Part shown: one piece after another, positions 22,533 through 36,400 of the stretch
Layout: every line of letters begins with the position of its first letter
Numbering within the stretch: the stretch's first letter is position 1
Assembly (NCBI GenBank): GCA_017654855.1
Contig: CM030333.1
Coordinates: 310,001 to 374,000, forward strand
DNA: 64,000 nt
Direction: 5' to 3'
DNA from: Podospora anserina
Taxonomy: Eukaryota
Position numbers and translations under genes: made by a program
Notes under the pieces: model-generated
The model's database searches: none
Seen by the model: the letters and a program-made list of their open reading frames with translations, nothing else
Told to the model about the DNA's origin: nothing

Positions 22533-24127
22533 TTACACCGACTCCAAACCGCCATCCGAGTTGCCAAGCCCCCCAGCTTCCAACCTGGCGATGGCCCTCT
22601 CAACCTCTGTCTCCCAGTTGCTCACCCCCACAATCACCCACTCTAGAGCCCCGACTAGATACAACGCAACACACTGCCCGACCCATAGTCCGACGAGACC
22701 CCATCCGTGGAAGGCAAGGTAGATGCCGCCGGGGAGCGCCCCTCCGTAGTAGCTGATCAGGTTCACCACAGCTCCAACCCATTGCCGGCCCATGCCGCGC
22801 AGTGCACCGCCGAAGGATCCGTTGAGCCCGTCGGCGATTTGGAACAAGGCTACGTACGGCATCACTTCAGCCACGAGCTTCACCACCCGCTCATCGTCGT
22901 TGAAGATTCGCCCAAAGACGTTGCGTGAGGCCATGAGTATTATCAAGATCAAGGTCCCTGCTATCGTGCTGAGGATGGCGGCTGAGTGAGCAGCCCGGGC
23001 CGCCCCCCTCGAATTGTGTGCGCCGAGGAGGTTTCCAACCCTCGCCGAAGCAGCGACGCCGAGGCCGAACGGGATTGTGTTGATGATCTGGTCCGCGGTC
23101 ATGATGACGGATTGTGCCGCCAGAGGAATTGTCCCCAGACGGCCCGCTGCAAGTGCAACGATCTCGAAAGCCCACCATTCTGTCCCGACATGTACAACGC
23201 CCATGAGCGCAAGGTGAGCGAAAGGTCCCATGTGGGAGACGGCTCTTCGGACGTCAATGCCTCCCCAGCACTCCTTCCCCCGCACAAAGGCAGCATACGC
23301 CACGAGCAAGAGGAATGAACTCCAGTATGATATGCCGGTGGCCATGGGGGCGCCGTACAGACCGAATCCCAGCCGGTGGATGAAGAGCCAGTTGAGCAGT
23401 GCGTTCATCGGAGAGGTGAGCAACAGCACGTATGTTCCTGGTCGGTAGATTTCTGTCATCGCGTCAGTCTGGATCTGGACGTTTCCTCTGAGCAGGAGCC
23501 ATGCTCACCTTGCGCCTGCAAGTATTTCTTCATGGCCTCAAACCAGACATAACCGAGACCGCCGGGGATCAGATACCGGAGAAACTTGGAGCTCTGTACG
23601 CAGATAAACTCCTCTTGGCCTAGAGCGCGAAATAAGTGTTCAGAAAAGGCCCATATGATGGCCACAACGGCATAGAAAGAGGTCAAGATCACCAGGCCTC
23701 GCTGCAGCAGGACACCCAGGTCGTGTTTGTTGGACGAGCCGGTAAAACTGCTTGATGCGAGTGTATCCAGAGCAGTCGTACCGCCAAGAGCAATCAGCCA
23801 CGCCGTGGCCATGGCGAACATGTACGAAAAGGCGGCTGTAGCAAGAGCCTCGGGACTCAACCGGCCGACAATGAGCACCGAGACTGTCTGCAACGAGTTC
23901 TGCAATATGTACGCGAGGATGACGGGAAGGGACGTGCGTGTGAGCAGCCACAATTCGTCAAGCCATAGCCGGTATTGAGGCAGCCTGAAGATTTCGGATG
24001 AAGCAGCGTGTCCGGTGTCTGATGATGACGAATATACCGATGCCGGCTTTGTCAAGAGGGATGTCCTTTCGTTCGGAGGGTGATCAGAGGCCTCTGCCCT
24101 GTGGGCAACACCATCCTGTGCCATCAT
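22533..24127 (-). CDS. MATE family multidrug/toxin efflux transporter; intron 23453-23508
   Basis: LGGTTALDTLASS, KKYLQAQ, EWWAFEIVALAAGRLG, RVGNLLGA, FQIADG, GGALRGMGRQ; many TM segments. Confidence 0.93.
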
Positions 24128-25571
24128 GCACGGCGGCCAATTGCTGTACAGGAGTTGGAACGAACCTCCCCGATGATGGTGGGAGGAAATGCTCAGATAT
24201 AAGGTCCGGCATCTTGAGCCGGTTGTTTCGATGTCGGAGATCTCCAGTCGATGAGCTGGGGGGATTTGTCGCCCCTTTCCTCGACAGCCTATAGACATTG
24301 CAGCTAAGCTGATAACCAGGCCCCACGCGGAGCCAAACATTGGAGAATGTAGATGAGCGGACTGTCCTGCTCGTCTTGCAGGAACGTCACACATCTAGGT
24401 ACATAGGTACATAGGTATGGACGTCTACTAGACATGGAAAGATAAGAAAGCGGTTAAGCCAGGCAACGCCCAGCGAATCTCGGCTCGCAAGAGAGCACTC
24501 AACGTATCTACCAGTTGCCGCGGAGGAGCTGTTGGACAGATTCAAGCCAGAAAGTAAGATGTTGCAGCTCTCTTTACTCGAGCGTCTGGCTGTTGAGGTG
24601 TGGGTTGGCGTTACAATCTCCAACTTGTGCCTACATCCACTTTCAGCATTCAACGGCCTAAGTATCAATCAGTTATCGCTCAAATACAGCGCTGGAAGTA
24701 AAGCTGCGAGGTTGCCGAGAACGCAAGCACGCCGTCTGTTATCTCAGACCAATCCCAATTAAATAACGTAACGATTCTACTAACGGAGTCTACCCAATCA
24801 GCTCTGTTGAGGTCTGTCCAGCATTGAGCCCCAATGTCTCGTCAATGGCGATGCTGCTATCTTGCTTCTGCACGTATGACGGATGAGTTTGGCCAACTGC
24901 AGCATCTCGTTGAAAGGTTGGAGTTACCACTGGCCTTTACGTAAAATAGAGCTCGAGGTTTGGTGCCGATTTGCTTGGTCGGGAGATGATGATATCGTCC
25001 GCCAACAGCTTGCAATCAGACACAACAAGTAAAACTCTAGTCGGAACAATACAAAGAGTATACTGTCCCATGATTCAGTTTCGAGGGCATGCTTTTATTT
25101 CTCGTGATTGTGACATTAAGGCTGACCGTAACTTGTTACGAACCCCTCCCCCTCCGCATCCCCCTCCCCCAACCCAGTACCGGACATTACCTCGAACCAA
25201 CACACCAAAGCTGACGTCTGCCAAGCCCCCACCCCTTTTCTGGCCCCCTTGGCCCCTTAATAGGGCTGGCCCCAGAAGACACCAGAAAGTAAACAAGTCT
25301 CCTACTTACAATGGGTCACTGTGCATTCGCCCAAGACGGACCGAGTCACGAGTTGAGGCACCCATTATTTGCTCTCAGCACGACACCTACCTATTCATGG
25401 CCACATTGATCAAAGCGAAAAAAAGATGGTATCCGTGTACATGAACTAAAAGGGGGTATCGATGTCCAGAAACAAAAGTGAACAGGAAAAATAAGAACGG
25501 CTATCCCACCGAGCGTTCCTCTAAAATTTTCTTTTTGGGCCCGCCTTTTTATCATATTCCAGGCGCGCACT

Positions 25572-28311
25572 TCACCCGGCAACCTGCTTGCCCTTGTCCT
25601 TCGGTCCCTGCCCCCTATCCGATTTCTCCCCCCCCCGTTTCTCCATCTCCGCCCCATCATCTTTTTGACCCTCGTTGCCACCGTCCCCAGCTTCAACTCC
25701 GCTCCCTGACAACCACCTCTGCAGGCCCACGGACGCGTCCATAACCCCGCCGCACAGCTCCCAGTTCTCCATCCCGATTTGCAGCAAGCTTACGTTCAGC
25801 ATGCCCTTGACAAAGTGCCCGTGGTTGTTCGAGTCCTGTTCCTGGGTGCTCGACGACGATACAAGAGGCAGCAGAATCCAGTTGAACACCCCGAGGAGGG
25901 ACCGCCACGTGGACAGCGGCACCTTCCATGTGGTCCTCCAAAGTTGTAGGTGCTCCGCCGGTGTTACAATCTGCTTGAAGGGACGGCGGAGCATGATGGC
26001 CCGGCTGTAGAGGATGGCGGCGAGCCGGACCGACTGGTAGATGTAATCTGGAGGATCCGACGGCATCATCGCCGTGGAGTGTGTGGACGAGGCTGCAGCT
26101 CGGGCTGGCGATGGTGAGCCGTCGAGGCGCAGCACGCTGGAGTGTTCGTCGCCTGGCAGTTGCATGGGACGAACAGGAAGTGGAGAGTGTTGCTGCTGCT
26201 TCAGACCAAGAGGCCGACCCCTGGTGCTGCTGTGGTAGTCGTCTCCCAGTTCTGGACTAGGCATGGTGTCTAATGGGCTAAACGTTGCTGAAGTGGTGCT
26301 GGCGGCTGATGACGGGGCAGGAGACGCCGCGGCTGCGGCAGTGGACAGGCGACGTAGCGCCGGGCCCTCCACGGAGAGGTTCACCATTCTTTCGTGGATC
26401 CATCCTGATGTCGTATGCACTTTTTGGAGCTCTTTCGCTGTCGGCTCTGCGGGCAGCGCAAGGACGGCGGCAAGGAGGAACCGCATGTCGTCGAGGATAG
26501 AGGCCACGGCGCCGTGGGTGCGAAGGGCTTCGCCACAGGATGCAAAAGTTGCGAGTTTGGGGATAAAAGGTGTGTTGAGCGGCAGACGCAGCGGCACATG
26601 ACTGTTGTCACGGAACTCAAACTCGGCACCGCCACGCAGGAAAGGGGCCGTTTCAGAGGATAAGGCAATGGCCACATCGGCTCTATCATGGCTCTTTTGT
26701 TAGCCCAGAGTCTTCTGAGCACAGAAAAGCTCCCGGATGCCAAAATACTTACGTGATGGCAAGCTTGCTGATCAGCCCGTGTAAACCCAGGGTACGAAAT
26801 CCGCCTCGGACCCTGATCATCTCTCGCAAGCCGCTCAAGTGGGCACGCAAGTCGCCTTCGTTTCCCCAGTGCCTGCGGTGATATCAGTACGGTTAGCAAA
26901 ATGACAACCGTCGGAGTCATCAGCCGGACTTACCACTCGTTGAGAACAAGCTGAACGACACCCGTGATCCCCTCGTCGCTGGTAGACAGTTGCGAGCTGA
27001 GATGCATGTTGACGAGCTCAAATACTTGGCTTTTCTGCGCCATGGCCGCCGTGAGATCAACATGTCCAGAATCGGCGAGGAAACAGGCAGCTGTGTAGAC
27101 ACCGACACGCTGTAGGAGCCGCGACTGAATACAGTATGGAACATAATACTTGATGTAGGGGTTCGACGCATCTGGGTTCCCATCTAACGATGCCTTGAAC
27201 TGGGAAATGAGGTTTATATCTGGAAGAAGAGCCATAAACAATCAGCACACCGGACTGAAAATGGCACCAGGAGTACATTTGTGAGTAGAAGCCGCTTAAA
27301 CCTACAGACCGCAAACAGATCAGCATCCTCTAGAATAGGCGGGTGCCTGGCTATGCCCCATGGTATGTTGCTGTCGCCAGACATGCTCGGAGGTAGGGGT
27401 GAGTTGTTTGCCCACCCGCTGCTTTCCGAGTCCCATCCCCCCCCTCCCCACGGATGAAGCCCCTGCCCTCCTGGGTAGTAGGCACGAAGGGTTTTGACGA
27501 CACCATGGACAGCCGCGGCGTGTTGCGTACAGCCTTCTTCGCAGGCTGATAAGTGGGAGTAGAGAAAGCTGCGATCAGTGCTCCAGGCGTACTGGGGAGT
27601 TGACGGTGCCGTGGGAGAGTGTCCCAGTGTGTCGAATCCGGGCCAGCCAGCAAGAGGACCCGTTACCTCTTGCCCTGGCGTTCTGGGCCATGGCGAAGCG
27701 AGAGGAGAAGGCTGCCTTGGGGGTATCGAAGAGGGCCTGATGTTTTCGACCCCATAAAGACCAGGGCTCAGAGGTGGTGGTAGAATGGAGATGGAGAAGG
27801 CAGGCGGGTGTGTTGCTCCCGCTGCTGCTGCCGCCGCCGCTACGGCGCTCGATCGTCTACAACTTGGCTTGTAAGCAACTATCATGGCACTGACCATTCC
27901 CGTCCATGTGATACAATTGCGCACCTGCTGTTGGGCCTGTACTCGCAGAGCGGTTGGGGGTATCTTCTCGCGCAGTTGTTGCATGGCTGGCCCTGGTTGC
28001 ACTAGGAGAAACAGCCACAGAGACACAGTGTTAGCAGTAGCGTTTGTGACCTAGATAAGAGTGAAAGGAAGAACAGTCTGGCAGCGGCAGCGGCAGCGGC
28101 AACGGCACTGGCACTGGCACACAGAAAGAGTGCTTGGCCTTGGCAGGCTTGCTTGCGGTGTTCTTTTCGAATGAGCGGTTAAGACATGGCATGGAAGGAA
28201 AAGACGGTGCCTCACTCTTTGCTTCCTCCTCCTGCACTCTCCACACGACGTCGTTGTTCTCTCCGCACGCGAGGGACGTGGTGGTACATTGTTTTGCGTA
28301 GGGTCGGACAT
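25572..28311 (-). CDS. Zn(II)2Cys6 transcription factor with fungal-specific TF domain; exons 28216-28311, 27925-28001, 27306-27856, 26934-27219, 26753-26872, 25572-26682
   Basis: Spliced CGECRRRKQR|CNQGQPCNNCARRYPQPLC binuclear cluster; HLSGLREMIRVRGG motif. The start codon is uncertain because the frame is open further upstream. Confidence 0.85.
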
Positions 28312-30840
28312 TACGGGTATGCTGTGCTGGATGAGAAGCTTATTGACGGCGACACGGCCGTCAATCTCTGCATTGGCAAGGGATGATGGCTGGTTGTAGG
28401 GCTGACTTATAACGCTCCCTCTTCTTTGGGACCAGCTTTGCAAAGGGCCGAGACGGGGTCGTCGGGCTCGTTTATGCAAGCCTTCGGCGCTGGGAGCACT
28501 CGTTGGGATTAGCGTGTTGAGATGCCAGCCGGGCCGGTTGTGGGCAAGGGGTGACTGGGTGGTATAGGGGACGAGATAAAAAGGTGTGTCGCCCCGCGGC
28601 TCCAGACTGGGAGACATGAGGGAGGGAGGTAGTATTGAGGATGGCAGCTGTGAGCGAACACTCCTGATAAGAGGATGAGCACGAGTAGCCAGACCGCAAA
28701 CCTTTGCCTCGTGGAAGGTTATATGGACTGGTCCACGATGTGATGGAAAGGTCGTGCGCGAAGCAGATAGACTTGGAACGACCAACTCTTTATGCTTCGT
28801 CTGAGGCCTCTCTGTGTGTACGAGAAAAGAAGAGGAGTATTTTTGGAACATGGAAACAGAAGAGAACAGAAGGTAGGGCTGAAGGAAAACATTTCTTACA
28901 TTCGTGGGCGTATATGTGCCGGATGAACAACAGCCATCCACTTGTTCCCGGGGACATAGAAAGTGTATTGATGGCGGTGCTGCTGGGCTGGGGTCAAGTG
29001 GCTGCTGGGACCCTTCGTACACGCATATTTTTGTATTCGGGACCATGTGTGTATATGTAAATAACCAAGTAGGTACTCTGGTACATGGCGGTGAGTGATT
29101 TGTCCGGATAGCAAAAGGCGGCTCTCTCTGTGAATGACGCACCAGCGGCCAGGGATAAGGGGACATCTCAAGATGAAGCAAGATGCCACCAAACTTCCCA
29201 TCCTTTAATCTGGATAGTGCAATACAAACAGGCTAGGCTCCTCGTATATTTGAGGGCGGCAGGTTCTGGGTACTCTTCTGGCACTAATGGAGCGAAGCCA
29301 GGCAATTGTGGCCTCTGTGGTGTCCAGCCAGACAGAGGAGAGATGGGATTCTGGAGTCAGACCTGTTCATGAGGGTGTGAAGTTGTCCTGATCATCACCA
29401 TATGACCAAATCGAGCGTGCTTTGCGGCGAATGTTGTGACACCAAGCACCTGTCTGTCCCAAAGCCTCTCGTTGCCTATGCTCCCTGGCGAAGGTGACAT
29501 TGATCCGATCTGGGTCCCCTGACAGACCGACCTGGTGGATGGCTGGTCCCTGAATTACAGGCCCTGTGAGCGGAGGATGCCGTTCACCCTCTGGTGCAAG
29601 GGCGACGGCGTGGCGTCGGCTCTGAAACAAGGAGCCAGCTTTCTCGCTCTGGCAGTCACATCTCCGGAAATGCCTCCGTCCAGTAGCCGTCATGCAACGA
29701 GATGCCAGCCAGGAGCTGGCAGTCACAGGGCTAGGCAGGGCTGCAGGACTTGAAAGGTGCCCAATGACGCAAGATAGTAAGACCTCGACTCTCACTTTCC
29801 GGCTTGTGGAGAGTGGGCGAATAGAAACCAGAAGCAATAGTTCAAGGCCAGTAGTCCAGCAGAGTCAGACACAGCACCTCGATGCGGCGTGGTCTGATGC
29901 AGAGCAGAATATTGTAGCTCAACCGTCGTTCCTTGACCCATCATCATCTGAGTTGCTCACCAGCACCCAATAATCTAACCCAACCCCGCACGTCCCGCAC
30001 ACAGGATACGTGCAGCCACAAAGCAGCGGGTAGTAGCCAATGGAGTGGTCAAAGATGGAGTCGAGTTCGATTCCAGCTTGCCAGAGCCCCCAGGGCTGAC
30101 CTGGTAGTGCCGACCGGCTGAAGGCTTGGGTATTTAGGAAACGCGGGGTCAGCGTTTGAGAGTGCTGCCAGCCCATCTAGGTAGGTAAGATGGGCTTGCG
30201 AGAGCGGACTATTGCTCTCACATCCAAACGATTCACTGGTGATAGCTCAAGATCTGGCCAGGCAGTGCCCGCCAGCACGTCGGATGGTGTCAATCCTTTG
30301 GTCCGGACGGCGGCCTCCGCACCTGACTAGAGCAGACCGAGGTCGGTCTCGATCGTCGTGATGGTTATCTGATGTAGTCCATGGGTTCATGGGTTTATGC
30401 CTGTCGAAATAGAGTTGGAGAATTGTGACGTAGCCTGAGCTTGATGTCCCTAAGCCTGGTGAGCTTGGCTGACTTAGGGCCAACCATCCTATGTACAGGG
30501 GGTCAAAGTGCTGCCAGCCTACTGGTTAGCCTATCGGTCCTGGGCATTCTTGGGCAGGGGTTCGGGTCTAGACTGGTCTCTCTGGTCTCTGGCCAAGTTC
30601 TGTCGTAAAAGGCTTCCCCGCGGAGCCATGGCCTACCAGGGCGGCTCCCCTTGACAGGCACCACTGACACTTGAGAGAGTACATAGGGAAGATGACCCGG
30701 TATCCATGTGCAAGCCATTTGAAATTCCGTTTGGCCATTGAAAAGCAGTGCTAGAATTGGTATCACAACAACAGAAAATGCTCCTCCCTGCGCAGTCAGT
30801 TCTGAACGCCAGCCTGTTACCCAGCGTCTTGCTGTGACAG

Positions 30841-30890
30841 TATCTCCCAATATCTCCCAATATCTCCCAATGTCTCTCATTGTCCCCCAA
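30841..30890. repeat. 10-nt tandem repeat (TATCTCCCAA x3 plus 2 degenerate copies)
   Basis: tatctcccaa tatctcccaa tatctcccaa tgtctctcat tgtcccccaa. Confidence 0.85.
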
Positions 30891-31038
30891 AATACCCAGA
30901 AGAATTAGCATTCTATGACATATCGGATATCATTCATCATCATCATTATCATCATTCATGGCTGCGAAAGCCGTTGGTCTTGCAATGACCACCCCTCACG
31001 TCTTCCCTCAACTCCCCGTCCTCTCTATGTTGGGACCG

Positions 31039-33072
31039 TTATCTGGCCACATAGTTTGGTTTCCTGGCCAGGTTCACAGCCGGCGGTGCATCTTCATCCA
31101 GGGGATAAGGCAGCGCAGGAGCAGCTCCTCGCCCAGAGGTTGAATGTTGCCTCTCGGGAAGCGGTGTTTTGGGAGGTAAGGGGGGAGGTCCATCACGTTC
31201 TGGTAATGGCTGCTGCTGTGATGGAAGCTCTTGGTACCGTCGAGGGTAGTCATCCGCGCTCACAATAGCAATCTTGTCTGAGCCTGACGCCGTTCGGTAC
31301 TGCGAGGGCGTCGGAGCATTCACCGTCAGCCGGTCTGCGTCGTCATTGTTCTGAGGCTTAGCCGGGCGACCACCTTGGGGAGGCGGCGGAGGGGCTAGAG
31401 TAGGGGCGCTCGAGTACGGCTGCGTGATGCCCAGCGGCGAAGGCGGGAACCGCTCGCCTGAACTTCTGGGGGACGGCGTGCTGACACCGGGCCTTGGAAG
31501 CATGTCGCTTCCAGACTCGTACGACTGTCGACTGGGTGGTGTGCGAGGAGGGAAGACAGGAATATCGCCTGGCAACTCAACAGCCAGAGGCATCGAGATT
31601 TCCGGCAACTTCTTTTCTTGCTCTGCGGCACTCATGGATCCGAGACGCTCCCACCGCAACTTGGCGAAGTGAATCTTGGCCAGCTTCGATGACGCTCCCT
31701 GTACCATCTTCTGCTCCTCCTCCCTCGCCAAATAGCGCCGGGTATTGGTACTGATTTCGGCCAGCCGGTTCCACTCATTCATGCCAAACTCTCCCACGCC
31801 CACCTCCACATTGAGCCGGTAATAATGCTCAATGTTGACACCCCGCTTGGGCAGGTGTTCCTTTTTCATGAGCTCATGAATCTTCTCACAGCCCTCAATC
31901 TTGGCTATCAACCTCCTCCTGGCCTCGGCAAACTCCCCCATGAAGCCCTCGTACCACAAGGTCGAGTTTGTATCACTGCTCTTTGGCCGCTTTCCCGTTC
32001 CGACGCTGACAAATACGCCGACCTCACGGCCGGGCCACTCATTCACCACTGCCTCGTCCAGAGCAGTGATGGAAGGGTTGAAGGTACCAGCGCCATCGTC
32101 GTGGAAAACCGAGTGACCGATCTGAATCGGCTTGAAAGCCAAACCGATGGCGCAGGTTGCTCTCCCAGCTTGCCAAATCTTGCAGTCAAACTCGGGAGCG
32201 GGCTCCTTTCTGGAATCGTAGGATCGCAAAAGCGCCGGAGCGCCGCCTCGTTGGGTACCTCGATATACAGCTGTAATGGCACTGCAAAGATGATATCAGG
32301 GGTCAGTCAGCCGTGTCCTGGTGGAAACGAGGGAATACAGAAATTACTTACGTCTTGGTCCTGTTCTCCCTCTCGTCATACAAGCGGGCGTTGGGATTGC
32401 CCCAGCGTGAGGAGATGGTGGGCCTTGCTGCCTGCGATGTTGGGCTCTTGGCGCTGAAGCTGATCACACTCGCGTTGCTCGAATGCCTTCTCGGATAGGC
32501 AGCGCTCGATCGCGAGGCAGTGGACATGGGATACGTGCTGCTCGTTTCAGACAGGTCGTTGCCCTCTCGTTCATACACCGTATGCTCCCTGACACACTCC
32601 TTGATTGCCTCCTCCAGCTTGGTCGCCTTGAACAGCGTGGACCTATAGGGAATCCCAGCGATGGTCTTGTCCGTCTCAAACACCATGCGCGTCAGGCGCA
32701 CATACAGTTCCTTGCATGTCTCGATATCCAGACGCAGCCTGCCAAGCATCAAGGCGATGAGGCCACCGGTGCCAGTGCCAACAATGAGGTCAAAATGATC
32801 GCATGGCTTAGGTATCTCGGATCGTTTGGGGGCCCGACCTTCGATTTCGACGAACGTCCGGTGCATCAGCTCCTGCAGGATCAGGAACATGGAATAGCCG
32901 CGAACACCTCCACCATCTAGAGGCCTCAAAAGACGGCGTTAGTATGCTATGCTTGCAACCTTTGCGCTGCGCGCACGCAGGCTAAGAAAGGGCCGGCCGT
33001 CAACATACCTAGTGATAAGATGCGCAGGGGCGGACCTTTGGTGGTGTCCTTGCGCCTCAGGTGGGAGTCCAT
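31039..33072 (-). CDS. Patatin-like phospholipase-domain protein (probable pseudoenzyme) with Pro-rich tail; exons 33009-33072, 32352-32916, 31039-32281
   Basis: LRILSL|DGGGVRG, FDLIVGTGTGGLIALMLGRL, IWQAGRATCA, FVSVGTG, YYRLNV. Confidence 0.9.
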
Positions 33073-34093
33073 CTCCAGAATGTAGGCAGTCACTCAGAAA
33101 CTGCAGACTAGAGAATGTGTGAGTATCGGGAAGCCTGCAAGGCCCCGAGGACTCGACGAGTCCTGAAGATGATGGCTTTGCCGCCGAGAGGCCTACAGTG
33201 GTTTGCTTGGCGCAACGACTGGGAGAGGGGGTGGGTGACGCAGGAGCTTGGGCCGGACGGGGAAGCGATCAGCCTGGAAATACGCCACACCTGGCTTGAG
33301 GTTGACTGAACGTTTTCTTTTGGGCTGCTGGGGAGCAGGAGGATATCGTGTAGAAAAAGATGACCTGAATCTGTATGCGATCACTCCGATCTCAGCGCTT
33401 GCAGATAATCCGAGAGCAACAATCACGGGCGGTTGTGGCAGTGCCTGAGCGCCGAGTCCCGAGAAAGGAAGCCTTCTACCAAGTACATGGTGCACACAAT
33501 TCCTGAATGAGGCCCGTGCGTTGGGGGCTTTGGGTGCCCGATGACGAGGCATCTACCTATCACCTCCTGACAATCAGGGCGCTTTAGGACGGCTCTTGTT
33601 GGGCCCGCGCAATCCGGCCACAGGGAACCCGCTGCTCCGAATGCACAAGGCTGTCATCACCTGCTCTGATTCGATGCCACGCGAGCTTCGGTGCGAGGGC
33701 GAACAAACACATGGCTGCGAGGTGTGGCTGTGCCAAAGCATGTCTTGAAGACGAGGGATGAGGTGGGAAGGGAATGAGGCCTTTCCTAATGTCAAAAAGA
33801 GTCTCGCACCTCGGTCATTAAACCCGAGCCATCTGAAAAGGCCCTTGTTGAAAGACGGGATTCCGGTGTCTCTTATTGGTCGTACCTACCATGGGCTTGT
33901 TGGGTGGTAGGTAGGCAGTTGCTAGCACAACAAGGGCAACTAGCTGTCTACGACGTCATCGTTTCGTTGCCCGCTATCTGTGTCACTCCTAATAGAGGAC
34001 CAGATCCATCGTGAACATGTTCAACACAACCTTCACTTCTGCATCTCCCGGGCATCCCCGACTGCTTGATTCAACTCTGCCCAGTCAGCCGTC

Positions 34094-36400
34094 ATGCTTT
34101 CGTCTTGCTTTGGATCTGGCCGGCGCCGGTCAGACGAGCATGAGCCGCTGCTGCCCCAATACGATGACACCACCTCGCTGCAGAGACAGCTGCACCAGAA
34201 GCTGCACACGTACCAGATGCTTCGAGCTCTGTCCAAAGGTTTCATGCCCTCAAACGAGCAGACCATTGTGAATCTCAGAACCCTTCTCGCTGCCGACATC
34301 CTCAACCCAGAGCTCGACACAACGGAGCTGAGCGACTCGGGCCAAGCGCTGGTGCATTACAGCAAACAGTTTGTCCACCAACTCATTGAGCTCCTCCAAC
34401 ACAAGAACAGCAATGATCAGATTCAAGATTTTATCTGGTACTTGACCAGGGCGAGGGTCTCGGTGGACATGGAGCACGTCGCTGAACGGGCAGCCAAGGC
34501 AAAGGCCAAGGCTGACACAGCAGCAGGTTTGTTGGAGAATCTGGTCGATTTCCACACCAGTGCTTGCTCGGCCAACTGACACATTTATTCTTGCATTCTA
34601 GCTTACAAGAGCCTTCAAACCGTGGGTTCCCTGCTTCTCACAAACTCGGACTTTCGCCTGTTCCTCACAGATCTCAACTTGGTTGCCCGCGAGGTGTTCA
34701 AAGACACCGCCCTTGCCCTTTCCGAGGCTTCGAAAGAAGCGGGTAAAAGTCTTGAACTGTCTCCTCAGGAGCAGGAATCCTTGAAGGCACCGGGGAAGGA
34801 TGCGCAGACACCGCCAAGCAAAGAAGACCTCTCGAACCAGGCCTCAGAGATTACCCAGGTGCTCACCGGGAGCACGTCTACCGTGGTTGAGGGAGCCGAA
34901 AACAGTATCATCAGCAAGCTCCAAGGTAATGAAAAAGACACCATGCTTTTCCGGCTGAAACAGGCCGTGTTAAAGCTTAGAAAACGACGCGACTATTCCG
35001 ACTCTGTTTCGACCCTCTCACTACTGCTCAAGCGCTATGCCATGGTTTACTCACGCATTGCTCGCGACACTCTCGAGGCGGCTGACCAAGACGTTGACCG
35101 GAATCCGGAGACGGACCGAGCGCTGAAAAACTTCTGGCTGTTCATCCGATCATTCGGGGATGCCGAGGAGTGGGAAGAGCTGGAGCGGCGCTTCAGGGAC
35201 GTTATGGATCATGGTCAAAATGACCCGGAATTTGAAGACCTGATTCAGCAACTAGGAAACGCACTCCAGGAAATGTTTACAGACGCAGCCTTCTTCGAGC
35301 ACGCCGAGGAGAGGTTCCAGGCATTACGGGTCAGGTCGAGACAACTTGCCTCGGGGTCATCTTTACGGGACGACATCGACGGACTTCTTGCTCAGGTGCA
35401 GTCAACCTTTCAGTCGGTCATCAAAGACAAGGATGTTGCCAATCTCATCAAAACCGCAACCACCATCGGCAAGATTCTTTCCCCCAAGCACCAATATGCC
35501 AATACAGATTTGCTGACGGATTCGATCAATGTTTTTTTGCCACTGCTCATCCAGTCAATCAGTTACATCCCGATACTCAGGCTTGAAATCTCAACACCGC
35601 AACTCGACTTGTTGCTTGAGAATCTCATCCTGGAACCCGGCGTCACGGTCAATCATTCTTCATTTTTCCCATATAAGCTCCGAGTTGAGACCTTCAATGA
35701 CTTGGAGATCCGCAAGGCGCGCTTTCGGACAACTTCGGCGATAAAGAGCCTGATGCGCATCAGGATTGATGGATTGTCCATCAAGGCCGAAGAGGTAGGG
35801 TTCTGGCTCCGGGCGCACACAGGGCTCTTACGCCTGGTGGATGAGGGAATTGCTTCGTTTGAGCTTAACGAGCGAGGTCTGGACATCCAACTCGACGTGG
35901 AGGTTGGGAGAGACAGACTTGAGAAGATACTCTCTCTAAGGGGGGTAAGGGTGCGCATCCACAAACTCAACTGGACCCTGCGGAGAAGTAGGTTCAGTTT
36001 TCTGGCATGGCTCATGAAGCCACTCCTCAAACCCCTTATTCGCAAAACCATCGAGATGCAGATCGCCTCGGCCATCAAGGATTCACTGCACTTTGCCAAC
36101 CGGGAACTCTTGTTCGCACGGGAAAGACTCCGTGCGACACGTATAGCTGATCCTGATGACTTGCGGACTTTTTTCAAGGCTGTTTTGGCAAGACTTACAC
36201 CCCCTGACGACCCAGATCTCTACGCTCGTGTCGGTGTCGGCGAGCCAGGCCAAGGTGTTTTCGAAGGAGTTTACGCGCCTGGTAGCATCGTCAAATTGTG
36301 GAAGGAAGAGGCACAACAGGCACCGCAAAGGATCCGAGAAAATGAGAGAGACGGGTGGCGCAATGATGTTTTCGATGTCCACGCCAGACTTTTGGGATGA
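34094..36400 (+). CDS. Conserved fungal protein of DUF4449 / BPI-like type; intron 34527-34601
   Basis: Spliced ORF of about 740 aa; GFMPSNEQ, LGSLLLTNSDFR-like segment, YIPILRLE..DLLLENL and a beta-rich C-terminal half recalled for this family. Confidence 0.65.

Noticed and set aside
10482..28311. Secondary-metabolite gene cluster (GST, cupin, MATE, TFs)
   Set aside because: No backbone enzyme (PKS, NRPS, terpene synthase, DMATS) in the window, and the genes look like unrelated housekeeping neighbours
30031..30082. tRNA-like A-box/B-box (TAGCCAATGG...GTTCGATTCC)
   Set aside because: No T-stem or acceptor-stem pairing, so no cloverleaf can be built
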